Part shown: positions 37,766-50,208 of the stretch, piece after piece
How positions within the stretch are numbered: the first letter of the stretch is position 1
Layout: the number at the start of each line of letters is the position of its first letter
Source: Selaginella moellendorffii
Taxonomy: Eukaryota; Plantae; Lycopodiophyta
Direction: 5' to 3'
NCBI RefSeq assembly: GCF_000143415.4
Contig: NW_003314318.1
Span: 930,001-994,000, forward strand
Length of the DNA stretch: 64,000 nt
Translations under genes and position numbers: made by a program
Notes under the pieces: model-generated
What the model saw: only the letters and a program-made list of their open reading frames with translations
What the model was told of the DNA's origin: nothing
Database searches by the model: none

Positions 37766-40120
37766 ATGGCGGCGAAAGAGGATCATCAGCACCTTGTTCA
37801 CGATCAGCTGCCAGATATCGACTACTGCCCCAACGATAGCCCCGGCATCGGTAATCTTTGCTTGGGGATTCCTTTTTCTCTTGTTTCTTCCAGGGGTTAA
37901 CGAGCTTGTTCTTCTTGCTTCTTTCTTGTTGCATCGCAGCCGAGGCCGTTCTCTTGGGATTCCAGCATTTTGTCACTATGATCGGGACAACCGTGCTCAT
38001 TCCCAGCTTGTTTGTATACGAAATGGGGGGGAACACGGTAATCGAACAGTGCTTTCCTTTGTTTTTTCTCTTTTTTATGATTCTTCCACTCATCCTCGCT
38101 TCTCTCGCAGGAGCAGCTCATTCGAGTGATTCAAACGCTCCTCTTTGTGAATGGAGTTATGACTCTCGTGCAAAGCTTCTTTGGCACGAGGCTGCCAATT
38201 GTTATGAATGCGTCCTTCTCGTATGTGATACCAATATGGAGGATTGTGAACTCGCCGAGGTATCGCTCCATATTTGAGGATTACGAGGTGAGACCACCGC
38301 CTAAAGAGTTTCTTTGTTTCTATCCTTTCGCTCACTTTGCTTCTGTGTGTTCACAGAGGTTCTACCATACACTCCGAGCTATTCAAGGGGCTTTGATCTG
38401 CGCATCGATCATACAGATCATCCTTGGCTTCAGTGGTCTTTGGGCAGTTTTGTTGCAGTAAGTGTGATTAACTTCTGGCCTCTCAACTCCAGGGTTATGA
38501 CTTGTGTGAGATCTTGCTTGACAGCTACCTTTCACCTCTTTCTGTTGCGCCAGTCATTGCTCTAGTCGGCCTCGGACTGTTCGAGTATGGGTTTCCTGGG
38601 GTCAGCAACATTGTTTCCCATAATAATCGCTAGAATAACCTGTTTGTCAGGTTGCGAGCTGTATCGAGATTGGACTTCCCGAAGTTATTCTCCTTATAAT
38701 TATTTCCCAGGTTGCTTTCTAAGCGTGTTTTGGCTTCTGATGATCACTGCCCTTTTTTATGTAGTTCCTGGGGAGGCTAACCGCTAAGAAAAAACTGCCT
38801 TTTTTTGAGCGCTTTCCAGTGCTTATAAGCGCGGCCATTATATGGGCTTATGCTCATCTACTGACCGTCAGTGGTGCATATAAACACGCGACAGAGCTTG
38901 GAAAAGATCACTGTCGAACAGACCGAGCTCACTTCGTGAAAACTGCCCCCTGGTATGATTTGAAGTTTCTGATGTTGGAGTTAAATCAAGCCTGACTTCA
39001 GGGTGCGACTTCCATTTCCTCTTGAATGGGGTGCTCCAACATTTAATGCCGGTGATGCATTCGCTTTCCTTGCATCGGCTTTTGTTTCACAAGTTGAGGT
39101 ACGCTCAAAAGTGTAGATTGTAAACCTGCAACTAACGTGCTCATGGACGAACAGTCCACAGCGACAATATACGGTGTGTCAAGGCTGTCGAATGCAACTC
39201 CGCCACCGCCTTTCATCGTGGGCCGAAGTATCGGTTGGCAGGTTTGTAAAGTGTTTTCCTTCATATCTTGATTATCGCGTTCTGGTTTGCAGGGTATCGG
39301 TGTTCTTTTGAATGGTCTTTTTGGAACAATCACGGGGTCCGCTGTTTCCGTGTAAGTAGAAAGCTAGAAATTTGTGAAAACGTTTTTCAACACATCTGTT
39401 GTCCTCTTCCAGGGAAAATGCTGGGCTTGTTGGTCTTACCAGAGTTGGCAGTAGGCTTACTGTTCAAATTGCAGCACTGTTTATGATAGTTTTGTCTATC
39501 TTTGGTACCTTCAGACAACCTCGCGATCTGTTACACTCATTTGTTTTTTCATGCAGGAAAATTTGGAGCTATTGTTGCTTCAATTCCCCAGCCGATCGTC
39601 GCTGCTATAAATTCTGTTCTTTACGCTGTCCTTGGTAAGCCTTACAAGTATTTCTCACAACCTTGTTTTACTTTCCTTCCTCAGCTGCCGTTGGACTTTC
39701 ATATCTTCAATTCACGAATCTAAATATCATCCGCAACTTATTCATTCTGGGCTTCACGCTTTTTATGGGGTTCTCAATTCCACAGTACTTCTACGAATTC
39801 ACTATCTCCAGTGGACACGGCCCTGTACATACTGGAGCAGGCTGGGTAAGGTTTTCATGTCTGGCTGTGCCAGAGAGCGACACTTCGCTAACTTGTCCAC
39901 CGTGCAGTTCAATGATATCCTCAACACAATATTTTCATCGAATGCCATGGTGGGGTTCATCCTTGTAGTCATCCTCGACAACGCGCTCAAGACTCATAAG
40001 AAGAACAGGGGATACGGCTGGTGGAAAAAGTATCACAAGTGGAAGACGAGTGCCACCAACGAGGAGTTTTACAAGCTGCCATTCAACCTGAACAAGTACT
40101 TCCCGCCGCCACAGGTCTAA
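37766..40120 (+). CDS. NAT: Nucleobase-ascorbate transporter (NAT/NCS2)
   Basis: LGFQHFVTMIGTTVLIP, FGTRLP, signature ENAGLVGLTRVGSR and C-terminal EEFYKLPFNLNKYFP. Many short introns. Confidence 0.95.
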
Positions 40121-41354
40121 GCAAAGGCTCAACTCAGACGCCAGGCGGAGAGAGAGAAAACACAAGAACCGCATGACACTCAGACACACATACGTCTCTT
40201 TTGCGAGAAAAGCTGCCGCCTGCGATCACTTCAGTGTTCCTGGTTTCTTTCCATCCATGTACATCGAGACCTGTGCCGCTGCACCGCTGCCCCGCTGCTG
40301 GGCGACGACGAGTAGGAGGGAGGAGGCGGTAGGCATGAACTTTACATCAACAGTCTTGCTACACAGCTAGTGTTCCGCTGCTACTAAAGCTCTTTTGTTC
40401 TGTTAACTACATTGGAGAGAAGCTGTGAACGCAGATCTGTCACTGTAGTAGCGGTTCGATAATGCTGCTGCTCTTGCAGGCAGCTGTTCCCAGATTTTGT
40501 TCCTCCTTTGGTGCTGCTGCTGGTGCTGGTGTTATCAAGGTCCACTCCTCTCTCTAGGTACTTATTTGCATTCCAGCATTTAGAGGATATGAGCTTTTTG
40601 CAGCAGTGGCAACCTGCTGTGTGAGCTCAGCTCACCAGCCATGTAGGTGGTAACCCTCCCCAAAAGTGTGTGTCAGCCACCACTGCCTGCCTGCCTGCAG
40701 TCTAGGTGGATGTTGACCATAGCCAGATGCCAAACATGATGCCAGTCCTTGCTTTGTGTTGGAGCATTATGTGTTACAGCATGATTGTGTTGGTAATGTG
40801 TATGGAGGAGAGGCAACACAGGTCTTGGACAACTGGAGAAGAAAAAGCATTCCTTGAGTTGAAGGAGGGAGGCTGTATGTTTGAAGTGTCACATGGCTAG
40901 CTAACATGATCATAAAGAAAGAATCTGTGCATTTTTCTGTGGTTTGTGGCTCAAATGATGCCAGCCAGGCCCCATGTGAGCAGGGGCAGGACAGCCATTT
41001 AGGCCAACAAGAAAATAAAAAAGAGAACATCACAGAGTCACATGTTTGTTTTCTTGGAGGTTTTCCTTCTCTCTCTCTCTCTGTTGTTTTTTTTTTCCCT
41101 CTGTTTTTGTCATTGCCAGAGGCAACCCCTGGTGCCCATTGATTGATTGATTGATTTTGATGGGCCGACTGTTTTTTGGTTGATCATGGTATTCCATGGG
41201 CTACTAGGTTCAGAGAGAGCTCTGCTGGACCAAGGTTTCAAGCAATGTACACTGGCTGGATCTGATCACCTAGCTATCACCTTTTGATTTTACAAGTTGG
41301 TGATGCTCTGTTACTCTGGTGTGTTTGTGTGTCTGAAAAGATGAAGTTGGTGTC

Positions 41355-41997
41355 TCAGCTGCCTCCCATTTCTGAAATGCTGTAGAGAGATGGCCTCCAT
41401 TGCCCAGGCCGGCTGTTGAGAGGTTTGAGATCCGTGGCGGCTGCAGGTGCAGCTTGCTGCGGCTGCTGATGAAGAGAAGAAAAGTTTCTGTGAAGCTCCT
41501 TTCTAGAAAAAGATTACAAGTGGTACCTGAAGTAGTACATTGCTGAACTTGAAAGTCCGGGTTGATTCAGGGGTGACTTTGGACGCGGCAATGCTTTGCT
41601 TGATCGCATCCTTGGGTATCTTTATGTTTCCTTTGCCTTCAGTGAGATCTCCAATCACTTCTGCAAACCGATTTATAAGATCACTTGTCCCACAAACACT
41701 CTGCCTATCGTGCCATCAGAGGAGAAAAACACGAGTGTAGTTACCTTCATACGTGACAAGGCGATAGCATTTCCCAATGCTGAGCATCGCTGCCGGCGGA
41801 AGCAACTTGAGCTTGGGCTTGAAAGATTGCGAGCCGGAACTGGGCGATGCCTTCGGCCACACGAACATTCCAACGTAATGACCCGGATTTTGCAGCATCA
41901 GCTGCCTCGCAGTCACACTCCAGTAGATTTTCTCGATTCGTCCTCCTGGGTACTCCACCACTGCAGCCACTGCATCCGATGCATGGCAATTCCCCAT
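41355..41997 (-). CDS. PADRE/DUF4228 protein
   Basis: MGNC (N-myristoylation/palmitoylation-type start), EYPGGRIEKIYWSVTARQLMLQNPGHYV, LLPP...LSIGKCYRLV and terminal WRPSLYSISE. Confidence 0.9.
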
Positions 41998-43027
41998 CGC
42001 CAAAACCACACCAAGAAGGAAAACAGTGGCACCGAAAGAAACGCTTTCAAGCTCTCGATCGACCTCGCCTCGAATTGCGAGAGAAACGCTCACACGCTAG
42101 CTTTTCCACACGACCTTGACAAATTCTGTGAGTTCTATCCCAATGTAAAGTTGCGGAAGATCTCTTTCGCGCTACTGTTTCGTCCACTCAAGATTGTCGA
42201 GCGTCGCGAAACTAAACGATGAAACGAACTAAAGGCCCACAGATCGACAAGACAGGGAGAGAATGAGAGAGATGGAGAGACAAAGCACAGAGAGCGCAGT
42301 GCAGCCTTACAGGAGAAGAGCTCGCTTTGAGAGAAAGAAAGAAAGAAAGACAAAAACAAAAGAAAGCAGCCAAATGCTAGCCCTATGATCGATTGATGCG
42401 TGTTGTGTCGTTTTATTCCTTTGCTATTTGCCCCACTGCTCCATCTCCATCTGTTCTTCGTCGATACAGACACACACCACCACCAAAAAACGCTCCCCTT
42501 TAAATCCCCATTTCACATCCTCTGATCGTCTGGCTGACTTGTAACTCCGGATCCATCTTTGCTTGCTCGCTCGATTGCCTGTGTGTGAGGAAATCTCGCG
42601 GATATCAAGAACAAGAACCACATAAGGATGGATTTTTGCAGTGCCGGCGATTGGATCGACCGATTCGATTCTTGGGCGTAATTTGGATTGCTGGGTCGAT
42701 TCGTTGGGCTGAGCGTTGATCGCTCGCACTCAATCATGCTACCGCCGACAGGCTCTGCGAGAGAATGGGTAAATGCCCGCTGCTGGGCATCTCAGGATTG
42801 GAGCGATCGAGAGAAAGAAAATGGTTTCGTGGGTCCCTTGTACCGCAACAACCCTACTACTTTCATTCATTTCGATCCACCAGCGAAGTCGCCAGTCGCC
42901 ATAGCCAATGCTTCCCTCACCCCCTGCTCTTTCATTTAATGCCCAGGTGGGCGAAGAAGAAAGGTGAATATACCAGCGCACATTCCACCGCGGGGAACTA
43001 TGCCAGGAATATGCCTCGTCCTGCTCG

Positions 43028-45919
43028 ATGCGAGGGAAATTGGAGGCGGGCGTCTTGGAAGCGATCAATCGCCTGGACAATGCCGCGGCGCCCAGCTCCT
43101 CCGATCGCTACGCCTCGCTCCTCCGGCAATGTGGCAAGGCGCGGGCGCTCGCGCTGGGCCGGCGCGTCCACGCAGACATGGCGCGATGGGGCGTTGGGCA
43201 GGGCCCTTTTCTCGCGAATTTCCTCATCCAGATGTATGGAAGCTGCGGCAGCATCGAGGAGGCGTGCGCAGTGTTCGAGAGAATGCCGCACAAGGAGCCA
43301 CACACCTGGAACTTCATGATCCAGGCATATGCCCAGAACGGGCATCCACAACAGTCGTGGAAAACTTTCCATGCAATGCAAGGGCGAGGGATTGTGTCGT
43401 GGAATCTGCTTATCGCCGCGCTTATCAAGAACAATCTTGTTCACGAAGCAAGACAGACGCTTGATCGCATGCCTGCGCGGGACACTGTCTCTTGGAACGC
43501 GATTATCACCGCAAATGCCCAAAGCGGGCAAATATTTGAAGCGCGCAGGGTCTTCGACGAGACGAGGGACAGGAGTGTCGTAACTTGGAACGTGATGATT
43601 CATGCATACGCGCAAGATGGCGATTTGGATCGCGCTAGAGAGATGTTTGAATGGATGCCGGAGAAGGACGCAGCGTCATGGAATGGGCTGATCGAGGGGT
43701 ACGCGCGGAGTGGCAATCTGGAGGAGGCGAGAAAAGTGTTCGACGAAATGCCAGAGAAATCGACACTGTCATGGAACACCATCATCGCGGCATACGCACA
43801 GCGGCAAGGCTACTTGGAGCAAGCCAAGGATCTCTTCGATCGAGCTCCAAATCCGGACGCTTTCACCTGGAACACGATGCTCTCGGCGTATGCCGCAAAT
43901 GGCTACCTTTATGAGGCTTGTAAAATATTCGAGGAGAATCTCATGGGAGATCCGGTGTCGTGGAACGCTATGGTTGCAGCAAATGCGGAGAATGGGCATC
44001 TGGAGGAAGCATGGAGACTCTTCGTTCAGATGCCGAAACGGGACGAGGTGTCGTGGAACACCGTCGTGTCCGCCTACGGCCAGGACGAGAACATAAGTCA
44101 CGCAAGAAAAATCTTCAAAAAAATGCCACAGTGGAACACTGTTTCATTCAATGGCTTCCTCCAAGGCCTGAGCCAGCAGTGTACCAAAGCAGGCGTCACA
44201 GCGATGGACGAAACGAAGGAAGTCTTCGCTGCAATGCCCCGCCGGGACGTGATCTCCTGGACGGTGTTCATGTCCGCCTTCTTCCACTCCCGTGATCCCA
44301 CCCAAGCCGCCAAGATCTTCGACAAAATGCCGCTAAGAAGCTCCATAACCTTCACCGCTATGATCACCGGATATGCCCAACTCGAGCATCTGCTGCAAGC
44401 TCGCAAAACCTTCGATCAAATGCCTCTCAAGAATACCCACGCCGCCAACGCGATGCTCCAGGCCTACGCACTAAACGGCCGCATCGCCGACGCCACCGCA
44501 GTCTTCGCCACCATCCGTGATCGCGATACCTTCTCCTGGAACCTCCTCATCACCGCAAATGCCCAGGCCGGGGACGTCGCCCACGCTGAGAAGCTCTTCC
44601 ACTCCATGCCCCGCCCGGACGTGGTGTCGAGGAACACCATGATCATGGCCTACTCGCAGCAGCCATCGCTTCTGGATCGAGCTCGCAGCCTCTTCGACTC
44701 CACCGCGAGCAAAAACGTCGTAACTTGGAACTGCATGCTCGCTGGGTACGTCGAGCACGACCGAGATGGCGACGCTCTTCGCCTGTTCGCGGCGATGGAG
44801 CAGCAGCAGAGCTATGGCTGCCGCCCCAACCGCGTCACCTTCGTCATCGCTCTCGACGCCTGCGCTCGTCTCGCGGCTCTTACTCAAGGCCAGAGGATCC
44901 ACTCCACGCTCGCCGCCATAGACAGCGAGCTTGCATCCGACGTAGTGCTCAACACCGCTCTCATCAATCTCTACGCAAAGTGTGGCCGACTGGAGCAATC
45001 AAAATCGGTTTTTGATGCCATGGCGAGGCACGACACCGTCTCCTGGACTGCCATGCTCGCGGCGTACGCGCAAAACGGGCACCCCGGGGTGGCGGACGAG
45101 CTCTTCCTGGTGATGTGCCTCGAAGGAGTCGGGCTCGACGACGTGACGCTCGTCAGCTTGCTCGTCGCTTGCAGCCATGGCGGAACGCTGCGTCGGGGCC
45201 GGGAGAGCTTCCTCCTCGCGAGAGGCGAGTTTGGGATCGTCCCGACGATGGAGCACTTCCTCTGCATGGTGGATCTTCTCGGGAGAGCCGGGCAGACGCA
45301 GCAGGCCGAGGAGCTCATCCAGACCATGCCTTTCGACACGGACGCCATCGCCATGCCGTGGATGTCGCTGCTGGCGGCTTGCAAGAGTCACCGGGACGAG
45401 GAGCGAGGAGCTCGAGCGGCGGAGAGGCTCTTCGTGCTGGATCCTCACGGTGCAGCTCCGTATCTCCTCCTGTCGAGCATCTACGCGGCGAGCGGGAAGA
45501 AGGACAAGGTGGCCGAGCTGAGGAAGTTGATGGAGCTGCGAGGAGTGAAGAAGGAGCCCGGTTACAGTTCCATCGAGATTGATGGAGCTCTCCACGTCTT
45601 TGTGGCTGGGGACAAGACGCATCCTCTCCAGGATCACATCCACGCCGAGCTCCAGATGCTCGAGAGCAAGCTCGGCATCCATGGTGTCCAGGAAGAGATG
45701 GTGGCGCACCACAGCGAGAAGCTGGCGATGGCGTTTGGACTGATTGCCACACCTCCCAGAACTCCGCTGCTGGTGACCAAAAACCTCAGAGTTTGCGTCG
45801 AGTGTCACACCACGATCAAGCTCGTCTCGAGGATCGTTGGGAGGAGGATTGTTGTGCGGGACAGCGCGAGGTTTCATCACTGCGAGGATGGTGTTTGCTC
45901 CTGTGGTGACTACTGGTGA
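43028..45919 (+). CDS. PLS-class PPR protein with E and DYW deaminase domains (organellar RNA-editing factor)
   Basis: 963-aa intronless ORF with many xDxVSWN repeats, a PG box (KKEPGYS), HSEKLA, CVECH and terminal CSCGDYW. Confidence 0.96.
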   Translation: MRGKLEAGVLEAINRLDNAAAPSSSDRYASLLRQCGKARALALGRRVHADMARWGVGQGPFLANFLIQMYGSCGSIEEACAVFERMPHKEPHTWNFMIQAYAQNGHPQQSWKTFHAMQGRGIVSWNLLIAALIKNNLVHEARQTLDRMPARDTVSWNAIITANAQSGQIFEARRVFDETRDRSVVTWNVMIHAYAQDGDLDRAREMFEWMPEKDAASWNGLIEGYARSGNLEEARKVFDEMPEKSTLSWNTIIAAYAQRQGYLEQAKDLFDRAPNPDAFTWNTMLSAYAANGYLYEACKIFEENLMGDPVSWNAMVAANAENGHLEEAWRLFVQMPKRDEVSWNTVVSAYGQDENISHARKIFKKMPQWNTVSFNGFLQGLSQQCTKAGVTAMDETKEVFAAMPRRDVISWTVFMSAFFHSRDPTQAAKIFDKMPLRSSITFTAMITGYAQLEHLLQARKTFDQMPLKNTHAANAMLQAYALNGRIADATAVFATIRDRDTFSWNLLITANAQAGDVAHAEKLFHSMPRPDVVSRNTMIMAYSQQPSLLDRARSLFDSTASKNVVTWNCMLAGYVEHDRDGDALRLFAAMEQQQSYGCRPNRVTFVIALDACARLAALTQGQRIHSTLAAIDSELASDVVLNTALINLYAKCGRLEQSKSVFDAMARHDTVSWTAMLAAYAQNGHPGVADELFLVMCLEGVGLDDVTLVSLLVACSHGGTLRRGRESFLLARGEFGIVPTMEHFLCMVDLLGRAGQTQQAEELIQTMPFDTDAIAMPWMSLLAACKSHRDEERGARAAERLFVLDPHGAAPYLLLSSIYAASGKKDKVAELRKLMELRGVKKEPGYSSIEIDGALHVFVAGDKTHPLQDHIHAELQMLESKLGIHGVQEEMVAHHSEKLAMAFGLIATPPRTPLLVTKNLRVCVECHTTIKLVSRIVGRRIVVRDSARFHHCEDGVCSCGDYW

Positions 45920-46008
45920 TCGAGTTCTCTTTTGTTTATCGGAGCATGGAAAAGAAACGTCGATTTAGAGACTGACAAGGAAAGATGGATCGAAGGTACC
46001 TCTTCCAC

Positions 46009-46848
46009 TTATGTGTTCTTGATGGCTTTGCCTGGAGATTTGGAAGAAACTCCAAGGCTCGAGAACTTGACTGGACCAGGGCCTTGCACAGCTTTCAAGC
46101 CTCCCACGGATGCTGATGCGATCTGGAGAGAGAAACGTAAAGGAAAGAAGTTTTTTCAATCGATCGACGCTGTTCTTGATCTTACCTTCTTCTCGAGATT
46201 GTAGATGCCTTGCCACCCACGCATTTGGAATGGGATCACCAGCTTCTGGAAGTGGTAAAACCATGAGCCATGAACAGGAAAGAAGCATAAAAGAGGAAGA
46301 AAAATCCGTTAAGTACTCACTTGGGGATCTTCACAGAGCCAGCAGTACTCACTCAGCGCCTCCATGCGTATCTGTACAGTCGAAAGAGAAAAACTAAGCT
46401 TCAATCGAGAAAAAGCTACTCTCTTACACTTTGAGGAAGTTCTTCGCGGCTGACGAGCTTTTCGAGCTTCACACAATCCACCACATTGACGCAACCTGGA
46501 CAGTTCTTGTCAAGAAGTTCTAACGATCTTTTCGTTGCTCACCGAGCAACACCGACGTTGGATAAAACTCGGGAAATTTGATGTCTTTGATCCCTTGTGC
46601 AGCGTAAACCTCAGTGTAGAAGTGCTCCAGCTCTCGAATTGTCTCTGCCTCGGGCACCTTTGCCGCTGCGTGGATCCACAAGCGGCCTAGGAAATTCAAG
46701 AGAGAGTTTGGCAGAAATTCAAGAGCAATTGGCGCTCACCGCGCACCGAGGAGCTCCAAGATCGGCCTTCGATCCTCTTGATCCCATGGACGAGCAGCGA
46801 CGCCCAAGGCTGATGCATTGTCAGGCACACCTCCTTCTTGTCCGCCAT
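46009..46848 (-). CDS. ASCH-domain protein (ASC-1 homology)
   Basis: CLTMHQPWASLLVHGIKRIEGRSW, GRLWIHAA, YPTSVLL|GCV, PFQMRGWQGIYNL. Spliced. Confidence 0.9.
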
Positions 46849-47925
46849 TTCTCGCCCAAAATCTAGGTCTAAGAATCCTGTGAGCATATTCTTTTAGCAT
46901 CTCTTGGTATATTCTTTTCAAGAAATGCTGGTTTTTAATGAACCCTAGTTGCGGCTAGGGTTCTTGGGGTTTTGGGGAAAGCATTTCTTCGTTGAGTTGT
47001 GGCCGGCATCGATCTCATTGCCGGCCACAAATTCTAGAATGCGAGAATGGTTCCATGGCCTTGTGATCACTGCCGATTCGATTGCGCCAATCTCCAGTGC
47101 CCCACGAGGCCGATAATCGATTCACAGCTTCAAAGGATTCTAATCGGCGAAATTTCTCTCTTGACACGAGCGCTGCGCTGGTATGTGTACTTGCTTTGTT
47201 CTTGGAAATTTCTGCCGAGAGGAACTTGGGCCAGGCTAAGTTGGGGTCTCGTCTCTGTGGCGTGTGCCTTTATTTGCTTTGGAATTCTCCTCTTTCTTTT
47301 TGTAGTTTTTACGCATACTAGTCAGGCTGTTGCCAAGGAAAAAAAGTCTTCTACGATGGTTCTCAGCCGTTACACGTATGGAAGATTGATCTGGTGAGTT
47401 CTCGCTGTGGAGCTCTGTGGTTTTCACTTGGCTTTTCATGCGAGGTCTCTCTCAGAGGATTTAATCGTAGCTCCTTGTGACTTGTTACGTTCATCGAGCT
47501 CCATTCGAATCCAACAGCAGCGAGTGATGCTTTTCGATCGGCCTGTGATGACATCTTAATACTTGCTACTCTTGATTGCTTAGATGATGACGCTTTGTCC
47601 ACCAAGATCTCTGAGGCCTTGTTTTGTGATTCTTGGTCCAATTTTGTCCAGGTTTTTTTCGCAGCTCGAAGTGCAGATGATGATTCAATCGTCTAGATAG
47701 GGACAGCTGAAAATCTCTTTCGTGCTGATCACTTAAAAATGGGAATCTCTCTGATGCACTGCTGCTATTGTTGCCCATGTTGCCCAATTAGCAAATACCG
47801 TTTTAATTGTCAATAGCTTTACTGCATATTTAAAAGGTTAAAAATGGATATAGTATTTTAAATATATTCATACTTTAACTTTTTAAAGTAGTATTTTGTT
47901 CTTTTTTCACTTTAGAATATATTAG

Positions 47926-50186
47926 TGATATGGTCTATATTCTATATATATATATATAACTTTAGTTAAGTAATATATTAATTATAGTATCATAGCATAT
48001 ATATTGTTCATTTGGGATTGAATCTGGTCAATTTATTTTTGTATATAAGCAAGGGTGTAAACTCTAATTAATATATTTATTTCTATATCCTGATCACTTA
48101 AATTGGTGGAAGTAAAGGGTATTGCAATTTGTCTTTGAAGGGCAAAGCATTTTATGCTTTGCTTTAGTGGTTAGTATTATGCTTTTTTATTCTTATTTCT
48201 TCATTTTCTTTTAGATCTAAATCTGTATTAGTTTTTTCACAAGATTTAGAATTTCAACTATCGTTGTGCTCTTTTTCTTTTGATCTTTATTGCATTCTTT
48301 TTTTCTACCATGCCATGCCATCATCAATCAAGGAGTATATCACTTGAGGTTGCTAATGCTATTCTGTTGGATCGAATTTTTGGTGCTGTGGGGTGTGATT
48401 ATATTGGTGTTGCACCCATCCTTGGTGTGTTGTTATCTCCAGCTTTTGTGGGACAGCTTGTCCTATTCTCAGCGTTCTATCCATATCTCTTATTGATATA
48501 GAATGTGATCATGATATTAATTGGCAAGCTATAGATGATGTGAAAAGAGTGGCAGCAGTGGCAGCTTTTGTTGGTTCATCAAGTAAGTGCTCCTCAAAGT
48601 TGATAAGTCTCATTTTGTGCCTCTTTTGTGCTGTGCTATTTGTGATTTTGGTACAAAATCTGTGCAAAGGGATCTAGAGATACATTTCATTGCAGGAAGA
48701 ACAAAAAAAACAAAGAAAAAAGAAAAGAATAACAAAAACCAAAGCTTGGTCACCAAAAGACGAAGTCTTAGAGAATGTTTGAGGATCAAGTTTATAGCAA
48801 AACGATGTGTACAAGTTTGAGTGGATTTCAATCGATCATTTGTGACTTTCATGATTCTCATTCTCAGTCCAGTGTTGAGTTGAGTGTTTTCTATCTTCCT
48901 CATACTAAGCTAAATGTTGAGTGTATCTATGAAATTGAGAATCTTGCTTTTGTTTCATTGGCAAAGTCTTTGATTAGTTTTGGTGTTGAGTATTCCCCTG
49001 TTACAAGGGTTGAGTCACTTTGGCCAGAGTTTCGGATTGAATATATGTCCCCATTTGGGAGTGCCGTTAAGAGCCTTTGCTTTACTATTGTTGCTAAGGA
49101 ATTTATATATTTACTTTACTATTGTTGCTAAGGAATTTATATATTCCCTTGAGAGTGTGGATGTTATTGTTAATTTTTCTGTCTCAAGTGTTGAATTATG
49201 TGTTGAGGAAGTTGAGTGGTGTGAATCTTTTGCTTATATTGTGGTGGCCGAAGTATTTTATGATAAGAAGTCTTTTATTTTCCAAACTTTAAGCACAGGT
49301 TCTTATGATTTCCCCATTTCTGCATTGTCAATTGCTGTAAATTCCTCTTTCAATGTTTTTTTATCCTTTTTTTCACAATTATTTTTCTTCGATTTTTCTC
49401 ATTTTCTCCTTTTTGCCCTGACACTTCAAACTTCTTTTTCTTCGAAGGAGGGGGTAAAGGGGATGGACAGGAGTCCGGCCCTGATGATGGAGTGAGGACG
49501 AGCGAATATAGTAGTGGAGCAATGACAAACAACATGGATTGTGGAGTGAAAACAAGCATAACAAATCCGAACGGAACATTCAGCCCCGATATAGTGAGGC
49601 TGAACAGATGCAATAGTGGAGTGAGGCTAAAGATAGATAGTAAAGTGAGGATGAGCACAACGAGTTCAAATGGAGCCAATGCTTCAAAACTTTTTTTCCT
49701 TCGAGGAGGGGATAAGGAGAATATGGAAGACAAACAGAGTGAGTCCAACTTTTTTAGTTCAAAGTTATAGTTGCATGGTTAGTTTGAGCATTTAGGAGCT
49801 ATATATAGAATTGCAACTAGTTCATCGAGGTTCTGTAATCGGCTAATGCTTATACCATGGTTTTGGATTTTATTTCAATCATAGTTATTAGCAATTTTGT
49901 TGGTGGTTTTGTGGGAGTTTCAGATTCTTGTGGTAGTTTATAATCCTCCAACAAAAGCTCCAAATGTTCCACTTGATTTATTATCATCACCTTTTCATCT
50001 TCTGGAGAGGAGGATGGTATAAGGTTTGTAAATACATTTATTACCCTAGTTAAGTAATACATTAATTATAGTTTTATAGTATATGGACCATTCGTTTAGG
50101 ATTAAATTTGGTCCATCCATTCATGTATATAAGCAGGGGTCTAAACCCCAATTAATATACCTATTTTTATATCTCGAGCACTCACA
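47926..50186 (+). mobile_element. Non-autonomous LTR element of a related gypsy family
   Basis: Direct repeats at about 47926-48100 and 50018-50186. PBS-like TTGGTGGAAGTAAAGGG follows the 5' LTR and PPT GGAGAGGAGGATGG precedes the 3' LTR. No pol recognised inside. Confidence 0.65.
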
Positions 50187-50208
50187 CACACACACACATA
50201 TATATAAG

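Noticed and set aside
40190-41340. Short ORFs between the NAT and DUF4228 3' ends
   Set aside because: No motifs or clear start and splice structure; probably UTR or intergenic.
42998-45880. Many overlapping ORFs in other frames of the PPR-DYW gene (likewise within POB1 and GH28)
   Set aside because: Expected in GC-rich coding DNA; the main frame explains the sequence.
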